This document shows, in pieces, positions 29,547-38,181 of a stretch of DNA of 45,498 bases. The stretch lies in the IMG/VR virus record IMGVR_UViG_2711768044_000004; one strand, 5' to 3'. The number at the start of each line of letters is the position of its first letter. Within the stretch, counting starts at the first letter, position 1. The notes under the pieces are model-generated. The model searched no databases. It was not told where the DNA came from and was given only the letters and a program-made list of their open reading frames with translations. The DNA comes from a virus (lineage: Duplodnaviria; Heunggongvirae; Uroviricota; Caudoviricetes). Position numbers and translations under genes: made by a program.

Positions 29547-29574
29547 AAATAAAAAAGCCTTCACTGCGGAAGGC
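29547..29574 (-). terminator. Intrinsic terminator after the small late ORF
   Basis: Minus strand GCCTTC-CGCAGT-GAAGGC followed by UUUUUUAUUU. Confidence 0.5.
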
Positions 29575-29758
29575 GTCTGTAACAACCGAACTGATAGTCT
29601 GCCAGACCCGCCATAACCAGCTGGGTCAGTATTAACTGGCAGCGTTCGCGTGAAAGGTAAGTATTCTGCGCTATCTCCCCGACTGTCGCCGGTTCGGTAA
29701 CGCTTAATTCATTAAACACCACTCTGGCGGTTTCTGTCATATCCTGCTGTTTTAGCAT
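29561..29758 (-). CDS. Hypothetical 65-aa protein (start taken at the internal ATG)
   Basis: The longer ORF in the track would begin with a GTG inside the terminator U-run; the internal ATG has an AAGGG ribosome-binding site. Confidence 0.4.
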   Translation of the reverse strand: MLKQQDMTETARVVFNELSVTEPATVGEIAQNTYLSRERCQLILTQLVMAGLADYQFGCYRRLPQ

Positions 29759-29881
29759 GTCTTTTTCCCTTTTCCGGTTAACGTGACACACCAATAACTC
29801 TTGTCGAAAAAGCCAGCAAGCTGAAAGAACGGTATTAATAACCACCAGCGAATTTATTGCGCTACTGTATATCGCGGACAC

Positions 29882-29902
29882 AAAAAAACCACCTTCCGGT
29901 GG
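29882..29902 (-). terminator. tR'-like terminator directly downstream of Q
   Basis: Minus strand CCACC-GGAA-GGUGG followed by UUUUUUUG, about 80 nt after the Q stop. Confidence 0.5.
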
Positions 29903-29982
29903 CTTCCTTTTGCGAAAAAAACTTGCGTTTCGCCTCGCGATACAGCTTTGCGAAGCTTATACGGATTGAAGCAGTTTATTGA
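29903..29982 (-). promoter_or_regulatory. Candidate late promoter and Q-utilisation region (TATAAG -10-like hexamer, several TTGCG repeats)
   Basis: Position between Q and the tR'-like terminator, as for lambda pR' and its short leader RNA; promoter hexamers are weak. Confidence 0.3.
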
Positions 29983-30546
29983 TCAGTTTGCAACATTTTT
30001 CTCTGTAACAAAAGCCATGCGCATGGGGGCATATAACATAAATTCAGATACCCCCAACCATTGATCAATTCGGCGTCTGCACGTAACCAACGACCAATCA
30101 GGATGATCTGCATTTAACCTTTCGGCCATTTTCAGTTTGCTCATTCCCCGTCCTTCGTACCTTTGCCGGAGAACATTGATTAGCCCGGGATATTCCCCAA
30201 GCACCTTACTGATAACGCGATCAATAATCAACGCCTCTGTGTCTGTACAATGTGACAACCAGCTCTTCTGCTTTCCTCTTGTCATATCCCGAAAAAATGC
30301 CTCAAGTTCCGGTTTTTCCAGCCCGGATTTCTTCATTCTGCGCAAAACCTCATTAACTGCTGTTTTCGTCAGCTTTTTCGAAACCAGTAACCGGTTAAAC
30401 ATATTTCCGGATTTACCCCCACCGATATACGACCACCGCCCCCACATCCGTAATTTCCCCTGGATCCAGACTGCTTCCAGCGTGTTCAGGCGTAAATGTT
30501 CGCCGCTTTTGCCTGTAATTTCCGGATATATCATATTTACGCTCAC
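29983..30546 (-). CDS. Late-gene antiterminator Q (Shiga-toxin-phage-like family)
   Basis: 187 aa; position after rusA and before the late promoter and terminator; W-G-x-W motif (LRMWGRWS) reminiscent of Q proteins from Stx phages (from memory). Confidence 0.6.
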   Translation of the reverse strand: MSVNMIYPEITGKSGEHLRLNTLEAVWIQGKLRMWGRWSYIGGGKSGNMFNRLLVSKKLTKTAVNEVLRRMKKSGLEKPELEAFFRDMTRGKQKSWLSHCTDTEALIIDRVISKVLGEYPGLINVLRQRYEGRGMSKLKMAERLNADHPDWSLVTCRRRIDQWLGVSEFMLYAPMRMAFVTEKNVAN

Positions 30547-30902
30547 TCACTCTCAATTTTGTAAATCTTCACACCCAGCCGTCCACCAGATACTGGCTGA
30601 CCACGTACAATATTGATTTCATCAAACTGCTCATCGTCCATTAACAGTCCTGCATGCGTCAGCGCATCCAGCGGCGCTTTCAGGATATTGTCCAGGTCGC
30701 GACGGCGCTTATCCGGTGGCTCTGCCATAATCCTGATTACCAGCCTTCCGGACAGGCTTAATTTCAGCCGCTGCTGGCGAACAATAAGCGCCACAGCCCG
30801 GCGATAACGCTTTCCCTCCTCCGAGATAAAATATGTGCTGCCACGGCGTCGCCAGTAAGTGTTCACCGTCGGCGGGTAAGGTAAAACCAAATCTATGAGC
30901 AT
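30543..30902 (-). CDS. rusA: Holliday junction resolvase RusA
   Basis: 119 aa; conserved ...PPTVNTYW... and ...DKRRRDLDNILKAPLDALTHAG... segments typical of RusA. Confidence 0.85.
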   Translation of the reverse strand: MLIDLVLPYPPTVNTYWRRRGSTYFISEEGKRYRRAVALIVRQQRLKLSLSGRLVIRIMAEPPDKRRRDLDNILKAPLDALTHAGLLMDDEQFDEINIVRGQPVSGGRLGVKIYKIESE

Positions 30903-30914
30903 CAGTCACCTCTT

Positions 30915-31964
30915 TTACCCAAGCACGCCAGTTGCAAAGGCGTGATCAAGAAAACGAAAAATTAAATCAACCTGAGAACCATGCTTTTCTTCGAACGCCA
31001 GAGGATCCGCATGAAGCTCGTTGTGATGCTCCCGACACAGCGGTAGCGTGAAAATATCGTGAGATTTTGTCCCCATTCCGCCCTGACCATGACCAATCAG
31101 GTGATGGGGATCGTCGGCTGGCTTACCACAACACGCACACGGCTGTGTCTTCACCCAGCGTGTGTATTTCTCGTTAACCCAGCGGCGACGTTTAGGTCGT
31201 TTCATGAAAGATTCCGGAGACTCAGGATCAACGGCAATGCTGACCACCGTCTTTTCCTGTGGTGGGTTCTGTTGCTGGTGGGCGTGAGGCAGCGGCGCAA
31301 GATTTTTTGTGCGCTGTTTCAGTATGCTAGTGGCGGTCTGCTCTCCCGGTACGATGTCGCTTTCACGGTACATTGAGCGGATTTTTTCCGCACGCAACCC
31401 CAGCGAACGACGTAATACCGCTTCCGGTAGCGCGTCCGCCACCTGATTGCGGACCGCCCACCAGGATAATTCAGCCAGCGATAATTCCCGCTCCTGTGTG
31501 CCATTCATTGCGTGACGAATGACGTCAATCATCCATGCTGACAAGTTTTGGTGAGCAAGTTGCTCAAGTGATTCGGAGGTCTGGTCACGCAACTGGTTGT
31601 CGCAGTGCCAGCACAACACCATTGCGCCGGTACCATAACGGTGAATGACGGTTTCGCTGTGATGATAATCGCCGTGTGGCCACTGGCAGGATTTAATATG
31701 GCGCAACAGCCAGTCAGACAATGCACCAGCACCACCAGCAGCACGAATCACCCGTGCGTTACTGAAAAACGGCAGCAATGTTTTGTCTTCCACCAGCGGC
31801 TGGCGAACGGCAGGAACGACCCCGGACGGCAGATTACGCATGCTTTTCGGTTCCGGCTCCACCAGTACCCGGGTATTGTGGAATACCGGCATGGATTCAC
31901 GGCCCGGCTTAACGATCACCAGCCCGAGTTCCGGTACCAGCACAGGTCGAAGTAATACCCGCAC
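30915..31964 (-). CDS. DUF968-family protein (YdfU-like) with a C-terminal HNH-like Cys/His cluster
   Basis: 349 aa; C-terminal CACCGKPADDPHHLIGHG...CREHHNELH motif. Confidence 0.65.
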   Translation of the reverse strand: MRVLLRPVLVPELGLVIVKPGRESMPVFHNTRVLVEPEPKSMRNLPSGVVPAVRQPLVEDKTLLPFFSNARVIRAAGGAGALSDWLLRHIKSCQWPHGDYHHSETVIHRYGTGAMVLCWHCDNQLRDQTSESLEQLAHQNLSAWMIDVIRHAMNGTQERELSLAELSWWAVRNQVADALPEAVLRRSLGLRAEKIRSMYRESDIVPGEQTATSILKQRTKNLAPLPHAHQQQNPPQEKTVVSIAVDPESPESFMKRPKRRRWVNEKYTRWVKTQPCACCGKPADDPHHLIGHGQGGMGTKSHDIFTLPLCREHHNELHADPLAFEEKHGSQVDLIFRFLDHAFATGVLG

Positions 31965-31965
31965 G

Positions 31966-32373
31966 TTACCTCCAGATACGTTGCTGGTATGTGCGGGATG
32001 GGCGCGGTGGGTGCTCTGAATAAGGCAGTCTCACAGAAACTATCCATTTCCGGTAGTCAATACTGAGGGTTTTATAAGCCTCATATCCGCGCCTGCGATA
32101 AGCCTGAATTATCCAGTCAGCCTGCTTTTCTGTGCATGGGGGGTGCTGAAACCAGCGAGTTTTAAACGCGTGAAAACGCCGCCCGTGCCTGCTGGCAAAG
32201 ACGGCTGAATTATCAGAATTGTGTAATTTGGTATCGTGCGCCATAAGTTTTCTCTGCTGGCGCAGCAGGTGCCAGTTGTTCAGGCTGACGTGCGAATTGT
32301 AAACCAGAATGCCAGGAAAAAACAAAACCCGCCGAAGCGGGTTAAGCGCGGGTGCGTTGAGGATGCCTGACAC
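31966..32373 (-). CDS. Hypothetical protein (true start probably internal)
   Basis: ORF immediately downstream of hok; no recognised domain. Confidence 0.35.
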   Translation of the reverse strand: MSGILNAPALNPLRRVLFFPGILVYNSHVSLNNWHLLRQQRKLMAHDTKLHNSDNSAVFASRHGRRFHAFKTRWFQHPPCTEKQADWIIQAYRRRGYEAYKTLSIDYRKWIVSVRLPYSEHPPRPSRTYQQRIWR

Positions 32374-32411
32374 ATCAGAGGTGGCGGGAGATTTCTCCCC
32401 CGCCTGGTCTC

Positions 32412-32567
32412 TTACTCCTCAGGTTCGTAGACTGTGAAGACAGCGACCTCCGTCTGGCCGGTTCGGATTCGTACCTCGCAGAGGTCTTTCCTCGTTACCA
32501 GTGCCGTCACTATGACGGTTAAACAGATGACGATCAGGGCGATTAACATCGCCTTTTGCTGCTTCAT
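32412..32567 (-). CDS. hokD: Hok-family type I toxin (51 aa), apparently identical or near-identical to K-12 HokD/RelF
   Basis: MKQQKAMLIALIVICLTVIVTALVTRKDLCEVRIRTGQTEVAVFTVYEPEE matches my recollection of HokD. Confidence 0.85.
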   Translation of the reverse strand: MKQQKAMLIALIVICLTVIVTALVTRKDLCEVRIRTGQTEVAVFTVYEPEE

Positions 32568-32624
32568 AGCCTGCTTCTCCTTGCCTTTCGGCACGTAAGA
32601 GGCTAACCTACGCGTGCAAGTCAT
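32412..32624 (-). CDS. mok-like overlapping reading frame that would couple hok translation
   Basis: In-frame upstream extension of hok (70-aa ORF) as in hok/mok/sok loci. Confidence 0.45.
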   Translation of the reverse strand: MTCTRRLASYVPKGKEKQAMKQQKAMLIALIVICLTVIVTALVTRKDLCEVRIRTGQTEVAVFTVYEPEE

Positions 32625-32834
32625 AGATATGGCCTCAGATTAATGTTAAGCGTCTTGCCGGACGCGTAATGTTAACTGGGGCTTTTCTCTATCTGCCTTT
32701 TGGTGTTCATGCCTGAGACAGATAGCCCCAAGCACCCGCAGCGATTCTACAAAAACAAACTATTATTTTCTATCCCCCTTCACAGTCTCATTTCTGACTA
32801 TACTCATCGTTCACACAACACAAAAGGTATAAAA

Positions 32835-33002
32835 ATGACTGTTCATGGTATATCAGAAAACAGTACTGTTCACTTACGTGAAAAAAATGGAGAATGGCTT
32901 TTAGTGCAAATTATTAGAAACGACGACATTACATATCAACTCAGAAATACAGATACAGGCGAAGAAATAAACGCTACACTTCAGGATATTACCCCCAAAT
33001 AA
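32835..33002 (+). CDS. Hypothetical 55-aa protein on the opposite strand in an AT-rich patch
   Basis: ATG with AAGG ribosome-binding site; followed by a GC hairpin (gcggggca/tgccccgc). Confidence 0.3.
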   Translation: MTVHGISENSTVHLREKNGEWLLVQIIRNDDITYQLRNTDTGEEINATLQDITPK

Positions 33003-33128
33003 ATAATCAAATTAGCGGGGCAAACAATGCCCCGCACCGTGCTACTTATCATCCCCAGCTGCAAATCGAATACACCACCAGTGCCACCGCCATTGCAATC
33101 CCTACCGTGGTGAATGCTTCAGGCCAGG

Positions 33129-33797
33129 TCATTGATTCACCTCCTGCGGCGGTTCTGGCAGTGGCATCCAGTGTGACGGTTTCCATGACGCCCCAGGAAT
33201 TAGCCACCCGTCATTAGCGTCAGGATGACCCGGGATGTAAGTCGCCCATTTCATTCGCCAGTCACCTTTCCCGTCAAGCTCGCGCGCAACAAGAACACCT
33301 GTTTTGCTATCCTGCATTCGCTCACTACAGCTTATCCAACCATCTTTGATGCCACTATCTTGACTCTGAAGCATAGCGGCGCGGCAGGCGTTCCAGCCTC
33401 TCACCTCTGCAATAGCGGCAACAGCATCGACCGCGTACATTTTAAGAGGGTTAGGCATTGGTTTTTCTTCAGGTACTACTGGCACAGGCGGGGAAGTGAA
33501 TAACGCCTGAATTTCATAGTTCGGCCTGTCGTTGCAATCCTCTTTTGTCGGTACATATTTCCAGTCACCAACCCACAGCTCCCCCTGAGAGTCCGTAACA
33601 CCTTTTTTCACGTAGCGATATCGCCACGCTATCGGCTCTTCTTCCAGCGATGCCAGCGCAATTTTAAATGCGGTAAGTACGTTTTTAACCTTACCGATTT
33701 CGAATGCTATTTCGCTACATACAAACGATGTATCGTCCATTATCGATTCAATTCCGGTAATCGTGTTCTGTAACCATTCTTTGGTTAATTCATTCAT
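33129..33797 (-). CDS. Hypothetical nin-region protein with a Trp-rich, Pro-rich C-terminus (possibly DUF551-like)
   Basis: 222 aa; family assignment is a guess from the C-terminal W...W...WMPLPEPP pattern. Confidence 0.45.
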   Translation of the reverse strand: MNELTKEWLQNTITGIESIMDDTSFVCSEIAFEIGKVKNVLTAFKIALASLEEEPIAWRYRYVKKGVTDSQGELWVGDWKYVPTKEDCNDRPNYEIQALFTSPPVPVVPEEKPMPNPLKMYAVDAVAAIAEVRGWNACRAAMLQSQDSGIKDGWISCSERMQDSKTGVLVARELDGKGDWRMKWATYIPGHPDANDGWLIPGASWKPSHWMPLPEPPQEVNQ

Positions 33798-33832
33798 TTT
33801 TCATTACCGCCCTTTCGGGCTGCCTCCAGACA

Positions 33833-34045
33833 TTAATCGTCGTAATAACTCATGGCTTCATTTGCAGCATCAACCGGATCAACCTCCCACCAGCAATAAT
33901 TTGGGTCGGTTCCTTCAAGTGTCCACGGTTCTAATTCATTTTTTGCCGCATTCTCGTCACCAGTAATTTTAAAAACCTGCTCAGAGAATTTTTTCACCCA
34001 CTCGTTATATTTTTCAGTGTTAATGGTTTTCTGAATATTTGACAT
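33833..34045 (-). CDS. Hypothetical 70-aa acidic protein
   Basis: ORF in the early-operon orientation; no recognised domain. Confidence 0.35.
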   Translation of the reverse strand: MSNIQKTINTEKYNEWVKKFSEQVFKITGDENAAKNELEPWTLEGTDPNYCWWEVDPVDAANEAMSYYDD

Positions 34046-34090
34046 AGATATTCATCCTGTTAAGTATTTTATTTTCGATAATAATATTGT

Positions 34091-34447
34091 TTATTCTGGC
34101 CTGGTTTTTGTCGCCCTGCGTATCCGCGCTTTCGCATTACGCTCAATCTGGATTAGCTTTTCTATATTTTTACGCCTTTCCCGTTCCTCCTGCCTCAATA
34201 GCTTTACATCATCCGCCAGTCTGGTTTCTCTTTTCGCCACAGAGAGCATCCAGTCAAATGGTTCCACCACCGCACCGCATATTTTGCACCGGACCTGACG
34301 CTCTTTTTCATCAACCCGGACAGAGGCGTGATGGCAGTATGGTCTTTCCGATGGCTCATAAATAAAATTAACCTGATTACGTGGGTCATCCTCTTTTACC
34401 GGAAATAAAACGATATTGCTTAACTCATCTTCTGGATTTATTTCCAC
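34091..34447 (-). CDS. Hypothetical protein with a Cys/His cluster and a coiled-coil tail (GTG start)
   Basis: GTG preceded by AAGGAG; start lies within a few bases of the stop of the upstream gene; C-HH...C-x-x-C motif. Confidence 0.4.
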   Translation of the reverse strand: MEINPEDELSNIVLFPVKEDDPRNQVNFIYEPSERPYCHHASVRVDEKERQVRCKICGAVVEPFDWMLSVAKRETRLADDVKLLRQEERERRKNIEKLIQIERNAKARIRRATKTRPE

Positions 34448-34448
34448 G

Positions 34449-35012
34449 TCACTCTCCTTTGATGCGAATGCCAGCGACGCGTGGCACATTAACTTCCACA
34501 ATGCGCACAGTTGGTTTGTACATCTCAATTGCTGTCAGCCAGTCAGCTCCTGTCATGCGCTTTTCTGCATCGCCATTAGTCCACTGAACCGGTACACCAA
34601 TAGCCTTCATCGCGATTTCTATTTCCCCGGCAATGGCGCTTTTTCCGCAACCAGTAAAACCAGATACAACGACAAGAACTTCGCCCTTGGCCGGTTTTAT
34701 TTCCCGCGCTTCCAGCTCTTTAACGCGCTCCTCGAGTTCGTAGACTCTGCATTGTTCTTTATCATCAATCAGATATAACCCAAGACATTCGCTTTCTACC
34801 CAGCCACCGAAATCATGATCGTAACGCTCACATGAAAACTCACCGTCGCTGTCCTTTGTTGGGATGGTGTAGCTATCTAATGGGCCACCATACGTCGGCA
34901 CATTTCCCAATGTCGGATGCTCAATCCACATGAAAAATGCACGTCCGGTTATAGGGCAAATATCTGGTCGCCATTGGTTACTCACTGTTTGCCTCCTGAA
35001 AAATAACTGCAT
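34449..35012 (-). CDS. Hypothetical protein with a Walker-A-like motif (GFTGCGKS) in its C-terminal third
   Basis: 187 aa; the nucleotide-binding domain, if real, looks too short to be complete. Confidence 0.45.
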   Translation of the reverse strand: MQLFFRRQTVSNQWRPDICPITGRAFFMWIEHPTLGNVPTYGGPLDSYTIPTKDSDGEFSCERYDHDFGGWVESECLGLYLIDDKEQCRVYELEERVKELEAREIKPAKGEVLVVVSGFTGCGKSAIAGEIEIAMKAIGVPVQWTNGDAEKRMTGADWLTAIEMYKPTVRIVEVNVPRVAGIRIKGE

Positions 35013-35277
35013 GCCCCAGCTTCTCCGCCAGCGCCAGTTCTGCCTTAGCGCCTGCTGACCGCTGCCAGCCTTTCAGCATGTAAATCGCATCAACACAACG
35101 AATCATTGCCATGCAAATATCCATGTAGTGTGGCTGTGTCAGCCCGTCCGGAAGTACTGCCGGGTTTAAGACTGTATGCCCTTCCCGTTTCAGTTCCTCT
35201 TCCGCCTTGTGGAACGCCTCACGGTTGAAATTTTTATACCCGGTCATTGGACCGGCAATATAAACTCTCACCCTCAC
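34978..35277 (-). CDS. Small Rossmann-like protein, possibly DUF4406 / nucleoside 2-deoxyribosyltransferase-like
   Basis: 99 aa beginning MRVRVYIAGPMTG...; family assignment from memory. Confidence 0.45.
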   Translation of the reverse strand: MRVRVYIAGPMTGYKNFNREAFHKAEEELKREGHTVLNPAVLPDGLTQPHYMDICMAMIRCVDAIYMLKGWQRSAGAKAELALAEKLGHAVIFQEANSE

Positions 35278-35711
35278 GCCATCACCTCCTGAAAATTACC
35301 CTGATAAAACGCCAGCACACGCTGCATAACTTCACTATTCCGGCACTCGCGACAGATTATGTTCAGGCGCCTGTCGTAGCGGCGTATTTCTCCGTCTGGT
35401 AATGACCAGATAAGGTCCGGATCAACCACAGCCGGTTTCTTCGCCTTTGCCCTTGAAAGTTTTTTGCGGGCGTTTTGCCAGTCTTTACGAGCCTGTTCAG
35501 ACGGAAATAACCCGTAGCCAGAGTTGTATACATCACCACTGGCAACCAGCTCTCTGGCGAGAACGCTCACCAGATATCTTGTTGCACCTGTTTTAGCTTC
35601 CAGTTGCCGTAACGTCTCGCGACCGCTCTGGCGTACGAGTTCAACAACCTGCCCCTTAATTTTTTCCCGCTCTTCTGGTGTAAATACTCTTGCCATCAGC
35701 GTCCCCTGCAA
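35274..35711 (-). CDS. Hypothetical protein
   Basis: 145-aa ORF overlapping its neighbours by 4 nt on both sides. Confidence 0.45.
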   Translation of the reverse strand: MQGTLMARVFTPEEREKIKGQVVELVRQSGRETLRQLEAKTGATRYLVSVLARELVASGDVYNSGYGLFPSEQARKDWQNARKKLSRAKAKKPAVVDPDLIWSLPDGEIRRYDRRLNIICRECRNSEVMQRVLAFYQGNFQEVMA

Positions 35712-36425
35712 TCACTTTTCTGATGCAACACAACAGGATGAATCAGTAATCTGTCGAACAATATCCTGGTGCTTGTTCAGCTCACGCAGCGCAGCACAGA
35801 CTCGCTCCCACTTCTGAACCTGACCTTTTGCCCGGCGCAGTTCGCGGTTAGCCACATGCAGCGATGGTAAAATCAGACTATCCGGATGCTTTCTGGTGAA
35901 CGACGGCTGTGACTGCACTGTGACCGCCACACTTTCAGTTTTAATTTCTTCCTGTGTTTCCGCTTCCCGGACTGGTAACGCAACACCTGCTGGCTGAGGA
36001 AAGGCTTTACCATCGGTTTCCGTTACCGATGCAGCTTTCAGCTCTGTCGGTAAATTATCGCCCGGTATGCAGTAACGATATTTACCGTCCTGATTAACGC
36101 GAATCAGACGACCTTTGCTGATTGCCATCGCCAGTGATGAATTCGCCCGGCGGGAGGTAATCCCGAACATTAACGCCAGTTCGTCAGCCGACTGAGGACC
36201 ATGCTGTTCAATCGCGTTAATCAGCATCTCTGCTGTGGTTTTTGGGACCGCTTCACTTGCCTCACTCGTCGGCCACCACATCGACCCCTTGTTATCAGCC
36301 TCACCACGACGCTTCAGCTTCCAGAGTTCGGTAACAGCATCGTCACGGCTGATTTCAAGACGGGCTGCAATCTCGTGCGACGAGGCTTTTTTCAGTGCTT
36401 TCAGTGCGTCAAAAACGGTTTCCAT
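35712..36425 (-). CDS. Hypothetical protein with winged-helix-like segments (start at the internal ATG)
   Basis: ATG with GGAGG ribosome-binding site 8 nt upstream; the longer ORF would start at GTG inside the upstream gene. Confidence 0.45.
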   Translation of the reverse strand: METVFDALKALKKASSHEIAARLEISRDDAVTELWKLKRRGEADNKGSMWWPTSEASEAVPKTTAEMLINAIEQHGPQSADELALMFGITSRRANSSLAMAISKGRLIRVNQDGKYRYCIPGDNLPTELKAASVTETDGKAFPQPAGVALPVREAETQEEIKTESVAVTVQSQPSFTRKHPDSLILPSLHVANRELRRAKGQVQKWERVCAALRELNKHQDIVRQITDSSCCVASEK

Positions 36426-36447
36426 TAAATTTTCCTCCGGATAAAAA

Positions 36448-37200
36448 TTACTTCGCCACACTCAGATGGCTGACATTGGGACGCCAGCTTTCCCAGTTAA
36501 AACTCACCCAGCGACCACCGTTCATGGTCATCCGGTCCATAATCCTCTCACCAAGAAGCGTGCTCATTGCGGCATGATTCAGGTTTGTCAGCATCCCGAC
36601 ACTGCGCAGTGATGCCGTCCGGCGGTCAACAATCTGGTGCAGTACCACCTGCTCGTTTTTTGTCTCGCGCTGAATGCCAATTTCGTCAAGAACCAGGAGG
36701 TCCACTTCACACAGTTCCCGCAAAAATTTTTCCCCTGACAGCCCATCGTCATAGCTGGCATGTAACGCGCTCATCACATCCGCCACGGTGACCACTATCA
36801 CGGATTTACCGGCCTTCAGCAGACGATTACCCACAGCCGCCGCCAGATGATTTTTTCCGGTTCCCGGATTCCCGCTGAACACGAAGTTTGTATAACCGGT
36901 TATCATTTCCTCAGCGATGGATTTGGCCTGGCTCAGCGCATGTTTCTGCCCGTCGTTCCGCACCTGGTAATTCGCGAACGAACATTTGCGGTGCAGCGGC
37001 TGGATGCCCGAACGGTTCAGGATTTTTTCCACCCGCAACTGACGATTCCGGCGGTTAATCTCCTCGCAGCATTTCCGGCCTTCGGCAAGTTGCCACTCGC
37101 GCCACTCCTCCGTCGTACTGTACGGCACGGGAACGTGCTCAGGAGCCAGTCTGCGGATGCGTTCCAGAATACCAACTGCAACTGTCGCGATATCTTTCAT
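36448..37200 (-). CDS. DnaC-like helicase loader (IstB-type AAA+ ATPase)
   Basis: 250 aa; Walker [12 protein letters not shown] and Walker B LLVLDEIG. Confidence 0.85.
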   Translation of the reverse strand: MKDIATVAVGILERIRRLAPEHVPVPYSTTEEWREWQLAEGRKCCEEINRRNRQLRVEKILNRSGIQPLHRKCSFANYQVRNDGQKHALSQAKSIAEEMITGYTNFVFSGNPGTGKNHLAAAVGNRLLKAGKSVIVVTVADVMSALHASYDDGLSGEKFLRELCEVDLLVLDEIGIQRETKNEQVVLHQIVDRRTASLRSVGMLTNLNHAAMSTLLGERIMDRMTMNGGRWVSFNWESWRPNVSHLSVAK

Positions 37201-37206
37201 GGTCAG

Positions 37207-38160
37207 TTACCCCCTGAAACCCGGTGGAATTTCAGTGTCCGGTTCAGAAATATGATTCACGCAACTCTGTGCAGGACCACGCCCAAGACGAATGACCAGT
37301 TCATCCCATTTTTCGCGCAGTTTTGCCGGACTCATGATATTTTTTACCCAGAAAGGATCCCGCTGCACTCGACTGAACATTTCACAAATCTGCCGGTGAC
37401 TGCGGCCATCCAGCATGCGCATCATCCGGACATCGTTAGCCCAGGTCGTCCAGTTTGGTTCTCTGGGGCGAGAAACCTCACCATCATCACTGGCTGCATG
37501 TTCATACAGCGCAACAACACGCCCCCAGATCCACTGCGCACAGGTAATATCATCACGGGTTCCCCACTGTCGCTTCGGCACATTCCACGTATGCGCATCA
37601 GGGTGTTTATCCAGAAAGCGTTCAACCGGAGATGATTTTTTTTCGTCCGGAAGTGAAACGTCCGGACAAGAAGATCTTTTATCTGACGGATCAGGTTTTA
37701 ATACTGACGGATCGGGGTCAATCATCGCCCCCCTAATCGGCTGTTTTTTATCAATGGTTGACCCCTCAGAATTTGACGGGTCAACCATTGATTGGTCAAT
37801 ATTTGACGGGTCATTTTTTGCCGGGCTAATATTTCTTTTCGGTTTATATGCCTCACGCGCAGTCGCTGCCGCTGCCTCGAGTTTTTCCACATTAAGCCGA
37901 TAGATATTACTTACACTACGCCCACCGACCTTACGCTCTTCCTTAGTCAGCCAGCCCTCTTTTGCCAGTTCGGCAATAGCCGATTTCACGGTTGATTCAC
38001 TTTTGGCTCCGATCTGGCGACGGATAGTTTCAATGGCAGGCCATGACACACCCTCATCGTTGCTGTAATCCGCAAGACGAGCCATCACCGCCACCCGGGA
38101 TAAGATCATGCCCGTGAAGGCGCACCCTTCCCAGACAAGGCCATGAAGCTTACTACTCAT
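37207..38160 (-). CDS. Replication initiator (lambda O-like role) with N-terminal helix-turn-helix
   Basis: 317 aa; immediately upstream of the helicase loader; contains repeated DNA motifs in its linker-coding region. Confidence 0.65.
   Translation of the reverse strand: MSSKLHGLVWEGCAFTGMILSRVAVMARLADYSNDEGVSWPAIETIRRQIGAKSESTVKSAIAELAKEGWLTKEERKVGGRSVSNIYRLNVEKLEAAAATAREAYKPKRNISPAKNDPSNIDQSMVDPSNSEGSTIDKKQPIRGAMIDPDPSVLKPDPSDKRSSCPDVSLPDEKKSSPVERFLDKHPDAHTWNVPKRQWGTRDDITCAQWIWGRVVALYEHAASDDGEVSRPREPNWTTWANDVRMMRMLDGRSHRQICEMFSRVQRDPFWVKNIMSPAKLREKWDELVIRLGRGPAQSCVNHISEPDTEIPPGFRG
37683..37815. repeat. Candidate replication origin: four to five copies of a near-palindromic TGACGGRTCA motif plus a flanking AT-rich stretch, inside the initiator gene
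   Basis: ctgacggatcagg, ctgacggatcgggg, ttgacccctcag, tttgacgggtcaa and tttgacgggtcat read directly from the sequence. Confidence 0.5.
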
Positions 38161-38181
38161 GCAACCCTCCAGGATCTCGAG

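Noticed and set aside
29403-29585. 60-aa minus-strand ORF between the methyltransferase and the upstream small gene
   Set aside because: It overlaps a terminator hairpin and a second stem-loop, has no ribosome-binding site, and is more plausibly untranslated leader.
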